Assembly (NCBI GenBank): GCA_024638565.1
Contig: JAHEKC010000005.1
Span: 519-64,518, forward strand
Source: Bacteroidota bacterium
GTDB taxonomy: Bacteria; Bacteroidota; Bacteroidia; AKYH767-A; OLB10
Direction of reading: 5' to 3'
DNA length: 64,000 nt
In this document: positions 30,208-38,848 of the stretch, in pieces
How positions within the stretch are numbered: position 1 is the stretch's first letter
Layout: every line of letters begins with the position of its first letter
The notes under the pieces: model-generated
What the model was told of the DNA's origin: nothing
The model's input: only the letters and a program-made list of their open reading frames with translations
Databases searched by the model: none
Translations under genes and position numbers: made by a program

Positions 30208-31230
30208 ATGAGCAAGGTGACTACGCTGGGACAGTTTATCATCGAAAGGCAGGGCGACTTTCCCTTCGCGAAAGGGGAATTGTCCAGGCTGCTGCGTGAC
30301 CTGGGGATTGCCGCTAAAATCGTAAACCGGGAGGTGAACAAGGCCGGGCTGGTCGACATCCTGGGCGAGGCGGGTACCGTGAATGTGCAGGGCGAGCAGG
30401 TGAAGAAGCTGGATGTGTTCGCCAACGAGCAGTTCATCACCGCGCTGAGCTCGGGTGGCGAATGCTGTGCCGTGGCGTCTGAGGAGAACGAGGATATGGT
30501 ACCCATTGATACCATCGTCTCCAAGAATGCCAAGTATGTGGTATGCATAGATCCGCTCGATGGCTCTTCGAACATAGACGTCAACGTCTCAATAGGCACG
30601 ATCTTTTCCATATACAGGAGAACTTCCCTTTCCGGATCAGGTGTGCTGTCGGATTTCCTGCAAAAAGGAACCGAGCAGGTGGCGTCCGGATATATCACCT
30701 ACGGTTCGTCCACCATGCTGGTGTATACGACAGGGCGGGGTGTCAACGGCTTTACGCTGGATCCCTCGATCGGGGAATTCTGCCTTTCGCATCCGAACAT
30801 CAGCATCCCAGAGGACGGGTTTCTGTATTCCATAAACGAGGGCAATTACCTGCACTTTCCTGACGGCGTCAAGCAGTTTATCAAGTATTGCCAGGAAGAG
30901 GACGAGGCCACGCGCAGGCCATTTTCAACACGCTATATCGGGTCGCTGGTGGCGGACTTTCACCGGAACCTGCTGAAAGGCGGGATCTTCATTTATCCTT
31001 CCACCGCGCGTTCACCCAAAGGCAAACTCAGGTTGATTTATGAATGCAACCCGTTGGGCTGGATCGTCGAGCAGGCGGGCGGAAAGGCAAGCAACGGATA
31101 CAAGCGCATCATGGAAGTAGAACCGGAATCGCTGCATCAGCGCACGCCTCTTTTTATCGGCTCGAAGAATTTGGTCGAGAAAGCGGAGGCCTATATGACG
31201 AAGTATTCGCCCCAGCCGGTCGCTTCCTGA
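30208..31230 (+). CDS. fbp: Class 1 fructose-1,6-bisphosphatase
   Basis: [32 protein letters not shown] and GKLRLIYE. Confidence 0.97.
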   Translation: MSKVTTLGQFIIERQGDFPFAKGELSRLLRDLGIAAKIVNREVNKAGLVDILGEAGTVNVQGEQVKKLDVFANEQFITALSSGGECCAVASEENEDMVPIDTIVSKNAKYVVCIDPLDGSSNIDVNVSIGTIFSIYRRTSLSGSGVLSDFLQKGTEQVASGYITYGSSTMLVYTTGRGVNGFTLDPSIGEFCLSHPNISIPEDGFLYSINEGNYLHFPDGVKQFIKYCQEEDEATRRPFSTRYIGSLVADFHRNLLKGGIFIYPSTARSPKGKLRLIYECNPLGWIVEQAGGKASNGYKRIMEVEPESLHQRTPLFIGSKNLVEKAEAYMTKYSPQPVAS

Positions 31231-31596
31231 ATTTCCCTTTTTTAATGTAATTATTCGGGCAGGATATTACCTGTTTCGATCGGTTGTTTGTTGCGAGCCA
31301 ATAGCCATCAGGGGTTGATGAGGTAGTGAATTGAGGGAGTTGTGATGCCAGAAACCAGGATTTTGGAGTCAGGAAATAGCGGTTCAATTGTTGAGGAGTG
31401 CAGAGGCTGAGGTTCTACCTTGCGGTCACTTTGACTACCCTTCGACTCCGCTCGGCGACCTGCATGTCGCTTCTTAAACAAATCTGACTTGCGCGGCGAA
31501 GTCCTGGCGAAGGATGGACAAAAGCGGACCGCTTGTTGATGGCAAGTATTAATTTCCGGTTTCCAAACCGGCCTCAACACGAACAAACCCTTATGC

Positions 31597-32025
31597 TCAC
31601 CTCTTCTTCTTCGTTTTCTCTTCCTCCGGGCACTGCGATTCGCTGATGACATCCTTGAACTGCCAAATGTCAGCGTTCGAGCAAAACATCCGGATAAAGC
31701 GTTTATCGAGCTGGTACAATACCTCGGTCTGCCTGTTGAGATTGCAGTAACCCCCGATCCATTTCATGGACTTATCCTTGTCCACGCTTTCCACCTGCCA
31801 GAAGCCGATATTCTTTGTATAAAAGTCCAGGTAGGAGTTTTCATCGCAAAAAGCCTTGAATTTTACGATCTGCTGGACGGCCTCGGCCTTCGTGTCACAG
31901 AGGGAAGTAATCCTGATAATGATGTAATTACCGAACAGGTCCTTGTCGGGAACAACATAAGATTGCTGTGCCTGGACGGAAAACACAGGGAAAAGGCAAA
32001 AAGCAGCCAACAGGAGCTTTTTCAT
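31597..32025 (-). CDS. Secreted hypothetical protein
   Basis: Clear signal peptide MKKLLLAAFCLFPVFSVQA|Q; no family recognised. Confidence 0.7.
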   Translation of the reverse strand: MKKLLLAAFCLFPVFSVQAQQSYVVPDKDLFGNYIIIRITSLCDTKAEAVQQIVKFKAFCDENSYLDFYTKNIGFWQVESVDKDKSMKWIGGYCNLNRQTEVLYQLDKRFIRMFCSNADIWQFKDVISESQCPEEEKTKKKR

Positions 32026-32111
32026 GGGATGGCAGATTAGGGTTAACAGCCCCCAAGGTAGGAAAATCCCTAATTATAAGGACGAAAGAGCCCATTTGCG
32101 TGCATTTTTAT

Positions 32112-32147
32112 TATCTTTGCAACCCTGCAAAAAGGAGGTATTAAAAC
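32112..32147 (+). promoter_or_regulatory. rpsU -7 promoter box and strong Shine-Dalgarno
   Basis: TATCTTTG at 32112-32119; AAGGAGGT at 32132-32139, 8 nt before ATG 32148. Confidence 0.8.
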
Positions 32148-32345
32148 ATGATTATCGTACCACTCAAGGAAAACGAGACCATCGAAAAGGCCCTCAAGAA
32201 GTTCAAGAAGAAATTCGAGAAGACGGGGGTGATCCGGGAGCTGCGTTCCCGCCAGGCTTACGAGAAAAAGTCCGTAACCAAGCGCACCACCCTGAAAAAG
32301 GCCATCTACCGGAATATGATGCAGAAAAAGGAAAGCGGCATTTAA
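32148..32345 (+). CDS. rpsU: 30S ribosomal protein bS21
   Basis: E.IEKALKKFKKKFEKTGVIRELRSRQ.Y.K.S; Tyr at position 54. Confidence 0.96.
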   Translation: MIIVPLKENETIEKALKKFKKKFEKTGVIRELRSRQAYEKKSVTKRTTLKKAIYRNMMQKKESGI

Positions 32346-32370
32346 TTTACCGCTGTTGCATCAACTTATG

Positions 32371-32395
32371 GCGCTGTATTCAGCGCTTTTTTTTT
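32371..32395 (+). terminator. Rho-independent terminator after rpsU
   Basis: GCGCTG-TATT-CAGCGC followed by T9. Confidence 0.85.
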
Positions 32396-32423
32396 GCCTT
32401 TTACTCATTTCTTGCTAAGTTTG
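32393..32423 (+). promoter_or_regulatory. Bacteroidota housekeeping-sigma promoter for xerC-hpf
   Basis: TTTG (32393-32396), 19-nt spacer, TAAGTTTG (32416-32423). Confidence 0.7.
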
Positions 32424-32433
32424 AAATTCAGCC

Positions 32434-33324
32434 ATGCACGAGGCCGACAGGTTTATCAGGTACCTGAAGTTTGAAAAGAGGTACTCGGAACATACGCTTA
32501 CGGCCTACCGTAAGGACCTCGCGCAATTCTTCGATTTTGCGGTAAAGACTTACGAAGCAGAGCGCCCGGGTGACATCACCTATATGTTTGTGCGGTCCTG
32601 GGTGGTGCACCTGATGGACCGTGGGCTGAAGCCTCGCACGGTAAACAGGAAAATATCCACTTTGAAATCGTTTTTCGGATTCCTGCTGCGCGAAAAACGC
32701 ATCACCACTGACCCCATGGTCCGGGTGGTGGGTCCGAAGGCGGGTAAGAATCTTCCCGTTGTGGTCCGGGCCACCCAGATGGAAACCCTGCTCAATCATG
32801 ATGCTTTTCCTGATGACTTTTCAGGGATGCGTGACCGCTGCATAATCGAAACGCTGTACGGTACAGGCATGCGCAGGGCGGAGCTTTGTGGCCTGAAGCT
32901 GGATGACCTGGATACCCGGCAGCGAACGGTCCGGGTGCTGGGCAAGCGCAACAAGGAACGGATCGTGCCCCTGGGCCCTTCCCTGGCCAAACTATTGGGC
33001 AGGTACCTGAAGGAGCGTAAAAGCTTCATGCAGGACGCGGGGATAAATGCCGAATACCTGTTCCTGGAAAAAAGCGGTCCGGTAAGACCTGAAAAAGTAT
33101 ATGGCATCGTAAAGAAATACCTGTCTCTCGTTTCCACCGACAAGAAAAGGAGCCCGCACCTGCTTCGGCATACCTTTGCCACACATATGCTGGACAACGG
33201 CGCGGATATAAATGCCATCAAGGAATTACTGGGCCATGCCAGTCTCGCGGCTACCCAGGTATACACGCATAATTCAGCGGAAAAACTAAAGAAAGCGTAT
33301 AAGCAGGCGCATCCCCACTCCTGA
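32434..33324 (+). CDS. xerC: Tyrosine recombinase, XerC-like
   Basis: YS.HT..AY.KDL, TGMRRAEL, GKRNKER, SPHLLRHTFATH.LDNGAD and LLGHASLAATQVYTH; rpsU-xer-hpf synteny. Confidence 0.9.
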   Translation: MHEADRFIRYLKFEKRYSEHTLTAYRKDLAQFFDFAVKTYEAERPGDITYMFVRSWVVHLMDRGLKPRTVNRKISTLKSFFGFLLREKRITTDPMVRVVGPKAGKNLPVVVRATQMETLLNHDAFPDDFSGMRDRCIIETLYGTGMRRAELCGLKLDDLDTRQRTVRVLGKRNKERIVPLGPSLAKLLGRYLKERKSFMQDAGINAEYLFLEKSGPVRPEKVYGIVKKYLSLVSTDKKRSPHLLRHTFATHMLDNGADINAIKELLGHASLAATQVYTHNSAEKLKKAYKQAHPHS

Positions 33325-33356
33325 ATCATCGCATCACCCAAAAGCAAACACGGAAT

Positions 33357-33659
33357 ATGTTCGTTAAGATACAGACAATCCATTTCGACGCCGACAGCAA
33401 GCTGACTGATTATGTCGAACAGAAGGTTAACAAGCTGGCCCATTACTACCACGATATCGTGGAATGCGAGGTATTCCTCAAGCTGGACCATTCCGATGAA
33501 CGGCAAAACAAGGTCGCGGAAATCAAGGTGCATTCACCAGGCAAAACCATGTTCGCGAAGGAGCGGTCGGCGACATTCGAAGAAGCCACGAACCAGGCCG
33601 TGGATGCCCTGCGCCGCCAGGTCAAGAAGCACAAGGAGAAGATCAGGAGGGGAATGTGA
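33357..33659 (+). CDS. raiA: Ribosome hibernation factor HPF/RaiA
   Basis: IQTIHFDAD.KL, NKVAEIK, FEEA...AVDALRRQVKKHKEK; 100 aa. Confidence 0.92.
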   Translation: MFVKIQTIHFDADSKLTDYVEQKVNKLAHYYHDIVECEVFLKLDHSDERQNKVAEIKVHSPGKTMFAKERSATFEEATNQAVDALRRQVKKHKEKIRRGM

Positions 33660-34094
33660 GTCGTTGGCGACAAACTGTGATCGGTAACGCGGGGTCGCTG
33701 ATTGTCCAAGTGGCAGTGGCAGCGGCAGCGGCAGTCGAATAGTGATCAGTGATCAGTATTCTGTTGGCACGTCGCTGGAACATCCGTACTCATGTTGAGC
33801 GTTTTGCAGCGAGAAACAGTAGTTCCGGGCGGGCCAGGGTAATTTTAGGGGTGTCTTCAACCCTTTCCATGCCGCGTCCTTCAGGGCGCGGGCCACGAGT
33901 AATCAGTCCGGCAGTACTTACCCGGGAAGCATTGCTTCGTCCGTACTTTTTTCTAAGCAAAAGCATTGCATTTCGTTGAAGGTTGATAGTTGAGGTTTGC
34001 AGTTGCCTCAACCTTCAACTTTAAACATAACCTAAACTGCGAATCGCAAACTCCTGCCCGAACGCCGTAAAGCGGGCGGGGCGAACCACCAACT

Positions 34095-34589
34095 TCACCG
34101 CATCTGCTTCAGGTTAAGTGCATACAGGACGATAAAAAGCACACCGAAAAAGCCGGCCCCGCCGGCGCTCATCATGCCTGTCAGCCCGCTGCCCATGACG
34201 GCCAGCGGTGAAATGACCAGCACCGCAATACCCGCGACATAAAAACTGAACCCGAGTTTTCGCAGGTTCCACATCAAAATGGCACCGGAAAGGGTCAGGA
34301 TATTGGCAATTAATCCCAGGATACTGAGCTTGCGGATATTGCCCGGGGTAAGGTCCTCCGTTACGGAGCTGAAGATGGATTCCACGAAGCCGGGCACTTC
34401 TTCATCATCTTCCAGCTGCATTTGTGCTTCATCAATTGCTTCGCGCGCCAGGCTGCTCGCTATATCGGCGGATCCGTATTCAATGATGGAATCCACGACT
34501 CCCCAGCCACTTCCAATGAATGTAAGCACACAAATGACGGTGAGAAAGGTGGTGCGGGCCTTCGCGGGCGTAGGTTCGATCACTTCCAT
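34095..34589 (-). CDS. Hypothetical membrane protein (about 4 TM)
   Basis: RTTFLTVICVLTFIGSG and GAILMWNLRKLGF.FY hydrophobic segments. Confidence 0.75.
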   Translation of the reverse strand: MEVIEPTPAKARTTFLTVICVLTFIGSGWGVVDSIIEYGSADIASSLAREAIDEAQMQLEDDEEVPGFVESIFSSVTEDLTPGNIRKLSILGLIANILTLSGAILMWNLRKLGFSFYVAGIAVLVISPLAVMGSGLTGMMSAGGAGFFGVLFIVLYALNLKQMR

Positions 34590-34807
34590 GCCGGTACGTT
34601 TCGTTGGTTCGGATCCGCTAATTTAAGAGATTTATGATTGGTGCTGATGGCTGCCCATGTGAGGGAAACCGAGTAGCTTTGGATGGTGAACACTAATTGG
34701 TGATCCGTAATCCGTGATCTGAATTCCGTTCAATCAGACAAGTACCAAATTTCAAATCGCTAATCTCAAATCACTTTTTTTATAATTTAAAATTTGAATT
34801 CATATCC

Positions 34808-35599
34808 ATGTCCTACGCATTAGTCACCGGAGCCAGTCGCGGCATTGGCCGCGCCATCGCCCATGAGCTGGCGAGCCGCATGTACAATGTCCTTTTGGTA
34901 TCGCGTTCCGCCGACGAGCTCAAAACGATCGCGGCCGAACTGGAATCCAAATACGGTGCCGCATGCCATACCATGGCGGCCGACCTGTCCCGGCCGGAAG
35001 CCCCGGCAGGGGTGGCGGCCTGGATCCGCAAGGAGGAATACCCGCTGTCCGTGCTGGTCAACAATGCCGGCTATACGATCTGGAGCGAATTCGAGCATTC
35101 CTCACTCGAAGAGCAGTTTGCGATGCTGAACCTGAATATCCGTGCCAAGCTGAGCCTGACGCATGAGTTGCTGCCGGAACTCCGGAAACAACCAAGGGCA
35201 TATATCCTGAACGTGGCCAGTACATCGGCCTACCAGGCGGTACCCACCATGAGCACCTATGCCGCATCCAAGGCTTTTGTCATCATGTTCAGCCGGGCCC
35301 TGCGCATGGAGCTCGCCGGTTCCGGGATCTCCGTGTCATGCGTTTCGCCAGGCACTACGGATACCGACTTTATGAACCGTGCACAAATGGATGCACTCAG
35401 GGAAACGGCGGCTAAATTCAATATGAAGGCTGATCAGGTGGCCGCCATTGCGGTAAAGGGCATGCTGGCGGGGAAGGCGGAGATCATCCCGGGCGCCGTC
35501 AACTGGGTATCGGCGAAAATGACCTCGTTTCTGCCCAAGAAGCTTACTGAGAGCGTAGCGGCCGGTATCTACCTCGCGAAAAAGCGAAATCAGGGGTGA
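34808..35599 (+). CDS. SDR family oxidoreductase
   Basis: TGASRGIG, NNAG, NVAS, YAASK and SPG.T.T.F. Confidence 0.93.
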   Translation: MSYALVTGASRGIGRAIAHELASRMYNVLLVSRSADELKTIAAELESKYGAACHTMAADLSRPEAPAGVAAWIRKEEYPLSVLVNNAGYTIWSEFEHSSLEEQFAMLNLNIRAKLSLTHELLPELRKQPRAYILNVASTSAYQAVPTMSTYAASKAFVIMFSRALRMELAGSGISVSCVSPGTTDTDFMNRAQMDALRETAAKFNMKADQVAAIAVKGMLAGKAEIIPGAVNWVSAKMTSFLPKKLTESVAAGIYLAKKRNQG

Positions 35600-35758
35600 C
35601 TGTTGTGGTCACTCCTTCTTTGTTCGGTCACTGCGACTTCGTGGAATGACCCGCACTTTGCTTCTTAGTCGGATCCAACTGCCGATCCCGACATGCGTCG
35701 CGACTGCCACTGCCTCCTGCCGCTTGTTTCCATAATACCTGATCTTGCATTCAACCCG

Positions 35759-35797
35759 ACTGCTACTGCTACTGCTACTGCCACTGCTACTGCCACT
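35759..35797. repeat. Hexamer tandem repeat (ACTGCY)x6
   Basis: actgct actgct actgct actgcc actgct actgcc act; related copies at 33709-33735 (reverse strand), 35703, 48618 and 56064. Confidence 0.85.
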
Positions 35798-35845
35798 TTT
35801 TAAATGCACCTCCACCGCTGCCTTAAGCACCTAATCTGCCGCAGG

Positions 35846-36280
35846 CTAATTGAACACCCTCAACACCGTCCCGTCAAAATAGGTGCGGTAGCGGATCAGC
35901 GGCAATGTGGCGGGGCTGGCGATCACGCTGCCATCAGTGATCTGGAACCTGGAACCGCAACAACTATCCACGGCCGAGATACCGGTATCTTCCATTTCCA
36001 CGAGGGCGCATGAAGCATCCGGGTCGTACGTGCATGCCCTGTCGAAGGCCAGGAAATCGTCCTGGGTGAGCCTGAATATGATCAGGCCCTTGAGGCCTGC
36101 GGCACCGCCGCCGTAGTACATCCAGCCGTTGATTACCTTGAGGGGGAAAAAGGACGGGTCGGAAGCATACATGGTCACATCTACATACCCGCCGGTCAGC
36201 GACTTCTCGTCCTTGCCGCAGGAGAGGGCCAGCAGCAGGATCATGCCCGTAAGGAAAAGGGGAATCCGCTTGGTTATCAT
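35846..36280 (-). CDS. Rieske-like ferredoxin-fold lipoprotein
   Basis: Lipobox ALSC; G.KGLII, AFDRACTYDP, DSCCGSRF...DG and PATLPL..Y. Start placed at ATG 36280. Confidence 0.75.
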   Translation of the reverse strand: MITKRIPLFLTGMILLLALSCGKDEKSLTGGYVDVTMYASDPSFFPLKVINGWMYYGGGAAGLKGLIIFRLTQDDFLAFDRACTYDPDASCALVEMEDTGISAVDSCCGSRFQITDGSVIASPATLPLIRYRTYFDGTVLRVFN

Positions 36281-36289
36281 GACGCTATA

Positions 36290-36319
36290 CAAAGGTAACC
36301 AATCAGTTGGCTAAATTTG
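36290..36319. promoter_or_regulatory. Back-to-back divergent -7 promoter boxes
   Basis: TACCTTTG on the minus strand (36290-36297) and TAAATTTG on the plus strand (36312-36319), in a 50-bp gap. Confidence 0.65.
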
Positions 36320-36330
36320 TTCCGGTGATA

Positions 36331-36897
36331 GTGGAAAGAAGCATAATCATTTTAGGTATTGCCTGGGTGCTGACGGGATGTGCCGGCCATGACCCCGGTA
36401 CACTCCGGCTGGAGACACTCGACGGCAACAATGCAACTGTCGCTGACATTTCAGGCGCCCGCGCAACGATATTTGTATTCCTCGACCCTGTTTGCCCGTT
36501 GTCACAGAACTACACGAAAAACCTCGAGCAGCTGCACCAGGGATTTCGTGACGAAGGAGTCCTGGTGGCCGGCATATTCCCGGGCGACATTAGTGCCGTA
36601 CAAACGCGGGAATTCATTGAAAAGTACATGTGCTCGTTCCCGGCATACCTGGACCCAGACCTGGAACTGGTCCGTTATTTTGAGGCTACCGTTACGCCTG
36701 AGGCCATACTGGTTGAAAGGGAACTGCAGATCCGCTACCGCGGGTCCATCGACAACTGGGCCATTGACCTGGGCAAGAAGCGGCCCGTTGCTTCCGCGCA
36801 TTACCTGGAGGATGCCCTGAACGATCTGCTGGCGGGCCGTCCGGTGGCCATTTCGGAAACAAAGCCGGTAGGCTGTTTTATCGAGAGAATCAATTAG
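36331..36897 (+). CDS. Redoxin/peroxiredoxin-like (thioredoxin fold) lipoprotein
   Basis: Lipobox LTGC; FLDPVCPLS, ATVTPEA, YRGSIDN, HYLEDAL..LLAG and C-terminal VGCFI. Start placed at GTG 36331, after the promoter box. Confidence 0.82.
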   Translation: MERSIIILGIAWVLTGCAGHDPGTLRLETLDGNNATVADISGARATIFVFLDPVCPLSQNYTKNLEQLHQGFRDEGVLVAGIFPGDISAVQTREFIEKYMCSFPAYLDPDLELVRYFEATVTPEAILVERELQIRYRGSIDNWAIDLGKKRPVASAHYLEDALNDLLAGRPVAISETKPVGCFIERIN

Positions 36898-36898
36898 C

Positions 36899-38266
36899 AT
36901 GCAAACGGGAAAGCTGGGATTTGTCGCCGCATCAATGGCCACTATGGTGATAGCCGGATGTGCGGCCGAGCGCCAGACGGCCTATACGTTTACCGAGCAC
37001 ATTGCGCCCCTGGTGCATAAGAATTGCACGCCGTGCCACCGGCCGGGCGAAGCGGGGCCGTTCCCGCTGATCTCTTACCAGGATGTGCTGCGCAAGGCCC
37101 GCACCGTGCAACGTGTCACCGAAATGCGATTCATGCCTCCCTGGCCTGCCGACCGCGAGTACCGGCACTTCCTGTTCGAGCGCGGGCTTACCGATGAGGA
37201 AGTCCATATGATTGGCGAATGGGTGGAGGCCGGATGTCCGCCAGGCGATCCGGCGCATATGCCTGATCACCCCGTTTTCCCGAAAGGGTCCAAGCTTGGT
37301 GAGCCTGACATGGTGCTGAAAATGAAGGAACCGTTCACCATCCCGGGTGACAACCTCGATCATTTCATGGTGATCAAGATCCCGTTCGAGTTGCCGCAGG
37401 ATACCTTCATCCGCGCCATCGAGTATGTGCCGGGCAACCGCGCGCTTGTACATCATATGAACGGGCATCTTGTACAGTACGAAGACGGAAAGAAGCAAGA
37501 CGTCTTCTCGGGTGCGCATGTCACAGAACGCGATACGGCAGCGACACTGGAGAAGTGCTACAATGATATCAGCCTGCTCAACGACGACGGCAGCTACCCG
37601 CTGCTGACCATATCGGTGGCCAACTACCTGCCCGGGATGGATCCCATTGTCTTTCCAGAGGAGCTGGGAGGCTGGAAGGTCAGGAAGAAAGGCGTGTTCC
37701 TGATGCGCGACCAGCATTATGGTCCCACGCCCATACCGGCCATGGACCAGTCGTATGTGAACATTTTTTTCGACGATAAACCGCCGAGACGTCAGCCCAT
37801 GGAAACGCAGCTTGGCACCCTGGGTATTTCCGAGATCGTACCCCCGCTGGTCATTCCGCCGGATACGGTGATGACATTCAAAACACAGGCTGTCATCGAA
37901 AATGACATATCACTCATCAACATCAATCCGCACATGCATCTGCTGGGTAAAAGCTTCCTGGCATATGCGGTCACTCCACAAAACGATACGATCCCGCTGG
38001 TCCGTATCCCGGAATGGGATTTCAGGTGGCAGTACACCTATACCTTTTCACACATGCTCAAGATTCCGAGAGGATCGGTGGTAAAGGCTTTTGGAACATT
38101 CGACAACACGGTGAATAATCCTAACAACCCGTTTTTCCCGCCCCGCGAGGTTACAGACCGGATGCAGAGCATGAAAACGACGGATGAGATGTTCCAGTTC
38201 ATCATGACCTTTGTTCCTTACCAGGCGGGCGATGAAAACATCAGCCTTGATCCCGGGCTGAACTGA
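36899..38266 (+). CDS. Cytochrome c-fused copper type II (PHM/DBH-like) monooxygenase, predicted lipoprotein
   Basis: Lipobox IAGC; CTPCH haem motif; MPPW; VHH, QHY, PHMH and TDEM candidate copper ligands; WDFRWQY.Y. Confidence 0.8.
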   Translation: MQTGKLGFVAASMATMVIAGCAAERQTAYTFTEHIAPLVHKNCTPCHRPGEAGPFPLISYQDVLRKARTVQRVTEMRFMPPWPADREYRHFLFERGLTDEEVHMIGEWVEAGCPPGDPAHMPDHPVFPKGSKLGEPDMVLKMKEPFTIPGDNLDHFMVIKIPFELPQDTFIRAIEYVPGNRALVHHMNGHLVQYEDGKKQDVFSGAHVTERDTAATLEKCYNDISLLNDDGSYPLLTISVANYLPGMDPIVFPEELGGWKVRKKGVFLMRDQHYGPTPIPAMDQSYVNIFFDDKPPRRQPMETQLGTLGISEIVPPLVIPPDTVMTFKTQAVIENDISLININPHMHLLGKSFLAYAVTPQNDTIPLVRIPEWDFRWQYTYTFSHMLKIPRGSVVKAFGTFDNTVNNPNNPFFPPREVTDRMQSMKTTDEMFQFIMTFVPYQAGDENISLDPGLN

Positions 38267-38365
38267 TACCATCCTGCCGGACAGGAGGGTAGATATTAAC
38301 AGCCAGATGTAACAATTCAGGGCACTTTCAGCCAAAACTCATCCGGCGGCATGTACTTTTGTTTC

Positions 38366-38668
38366 ATGTCTTTCAGAAGTAAAGTTCTCGTGACAGCGAC
38401 AACACTGTTGTGCACTTTAGCATTATCCGGTTTCGCACAGGAAGCCAAGGCGACCAAGGCACAGAAGAAAGCCGAAAAGAAGAAAGAGCAAAAGATTGCC
38501 AAAAGCCGCAAGGCCGACCTGAAAGGTAAAAGTCGTCACTACAAGCTGCAGGATAAAAAGACGCGCAAGCGGATGAAGAAGCACCGCAAACGTGTCAACC
38601 AGCATTATCCCGGCGACCGGCCGGGGTTTTTCAAACGGCTCTTTCGCAAAAAGCACCACTACATCTGA
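38366..38668 (+). CDS. Small Lys/Arg-rich secreted hypothetical protein
   Basis: Signal peptide (GFA|Q) followed by a highly basic mature chain; TACTTTTG at 38354-38361. Confidence 0.7.
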   Translation: MSFRSKVLVTATTLLCTLALSGFAQEAKATKAQKKAEKKKEQKIAKSRKADLKGKSRHYKLQDKKTRKRMKKHRKRVNQHYPGDRPGFFKRLFRKKHHYI

Positions 38669-38848
38669 CATTTCGCTTTCGCGCGATGGCCGGTAGCACT
38701 GGCTAAAGCGGAAGACTACCGCGGTCTAAAACTTTTTCCTGACGCCCCTGCACCCCCGGCCCAAAGGGGCGCGCCGGCCCACGCATACTGCACCGACTGC
38801 CGCTTATTTCTAATTCAGGGCTTTATTCACAAAAACAGCCCTGCCAGC

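Noticed and set aside
32434..33324. Tyrosine recombinase as the integrase of a mobile element
   Set aside because: XerC-like length and motifs in the conserved rpsU-xer-hpf block; no att repeats, cargo genes or phage genes nearby.
35609..35830. 73-aa ORF with a poly-Ser tract
   Set aside because: The tract is simply the translation of the ACTGCY hexamer repeat; there is no other coding support.
33660..35845. CRISPR array or tRNA genes in the repeat-rich spacers
   Set aside because: No 23-47-bp direct repeats with regular spacers, no cloverleaf or T-loop consensus, and no cas genes.
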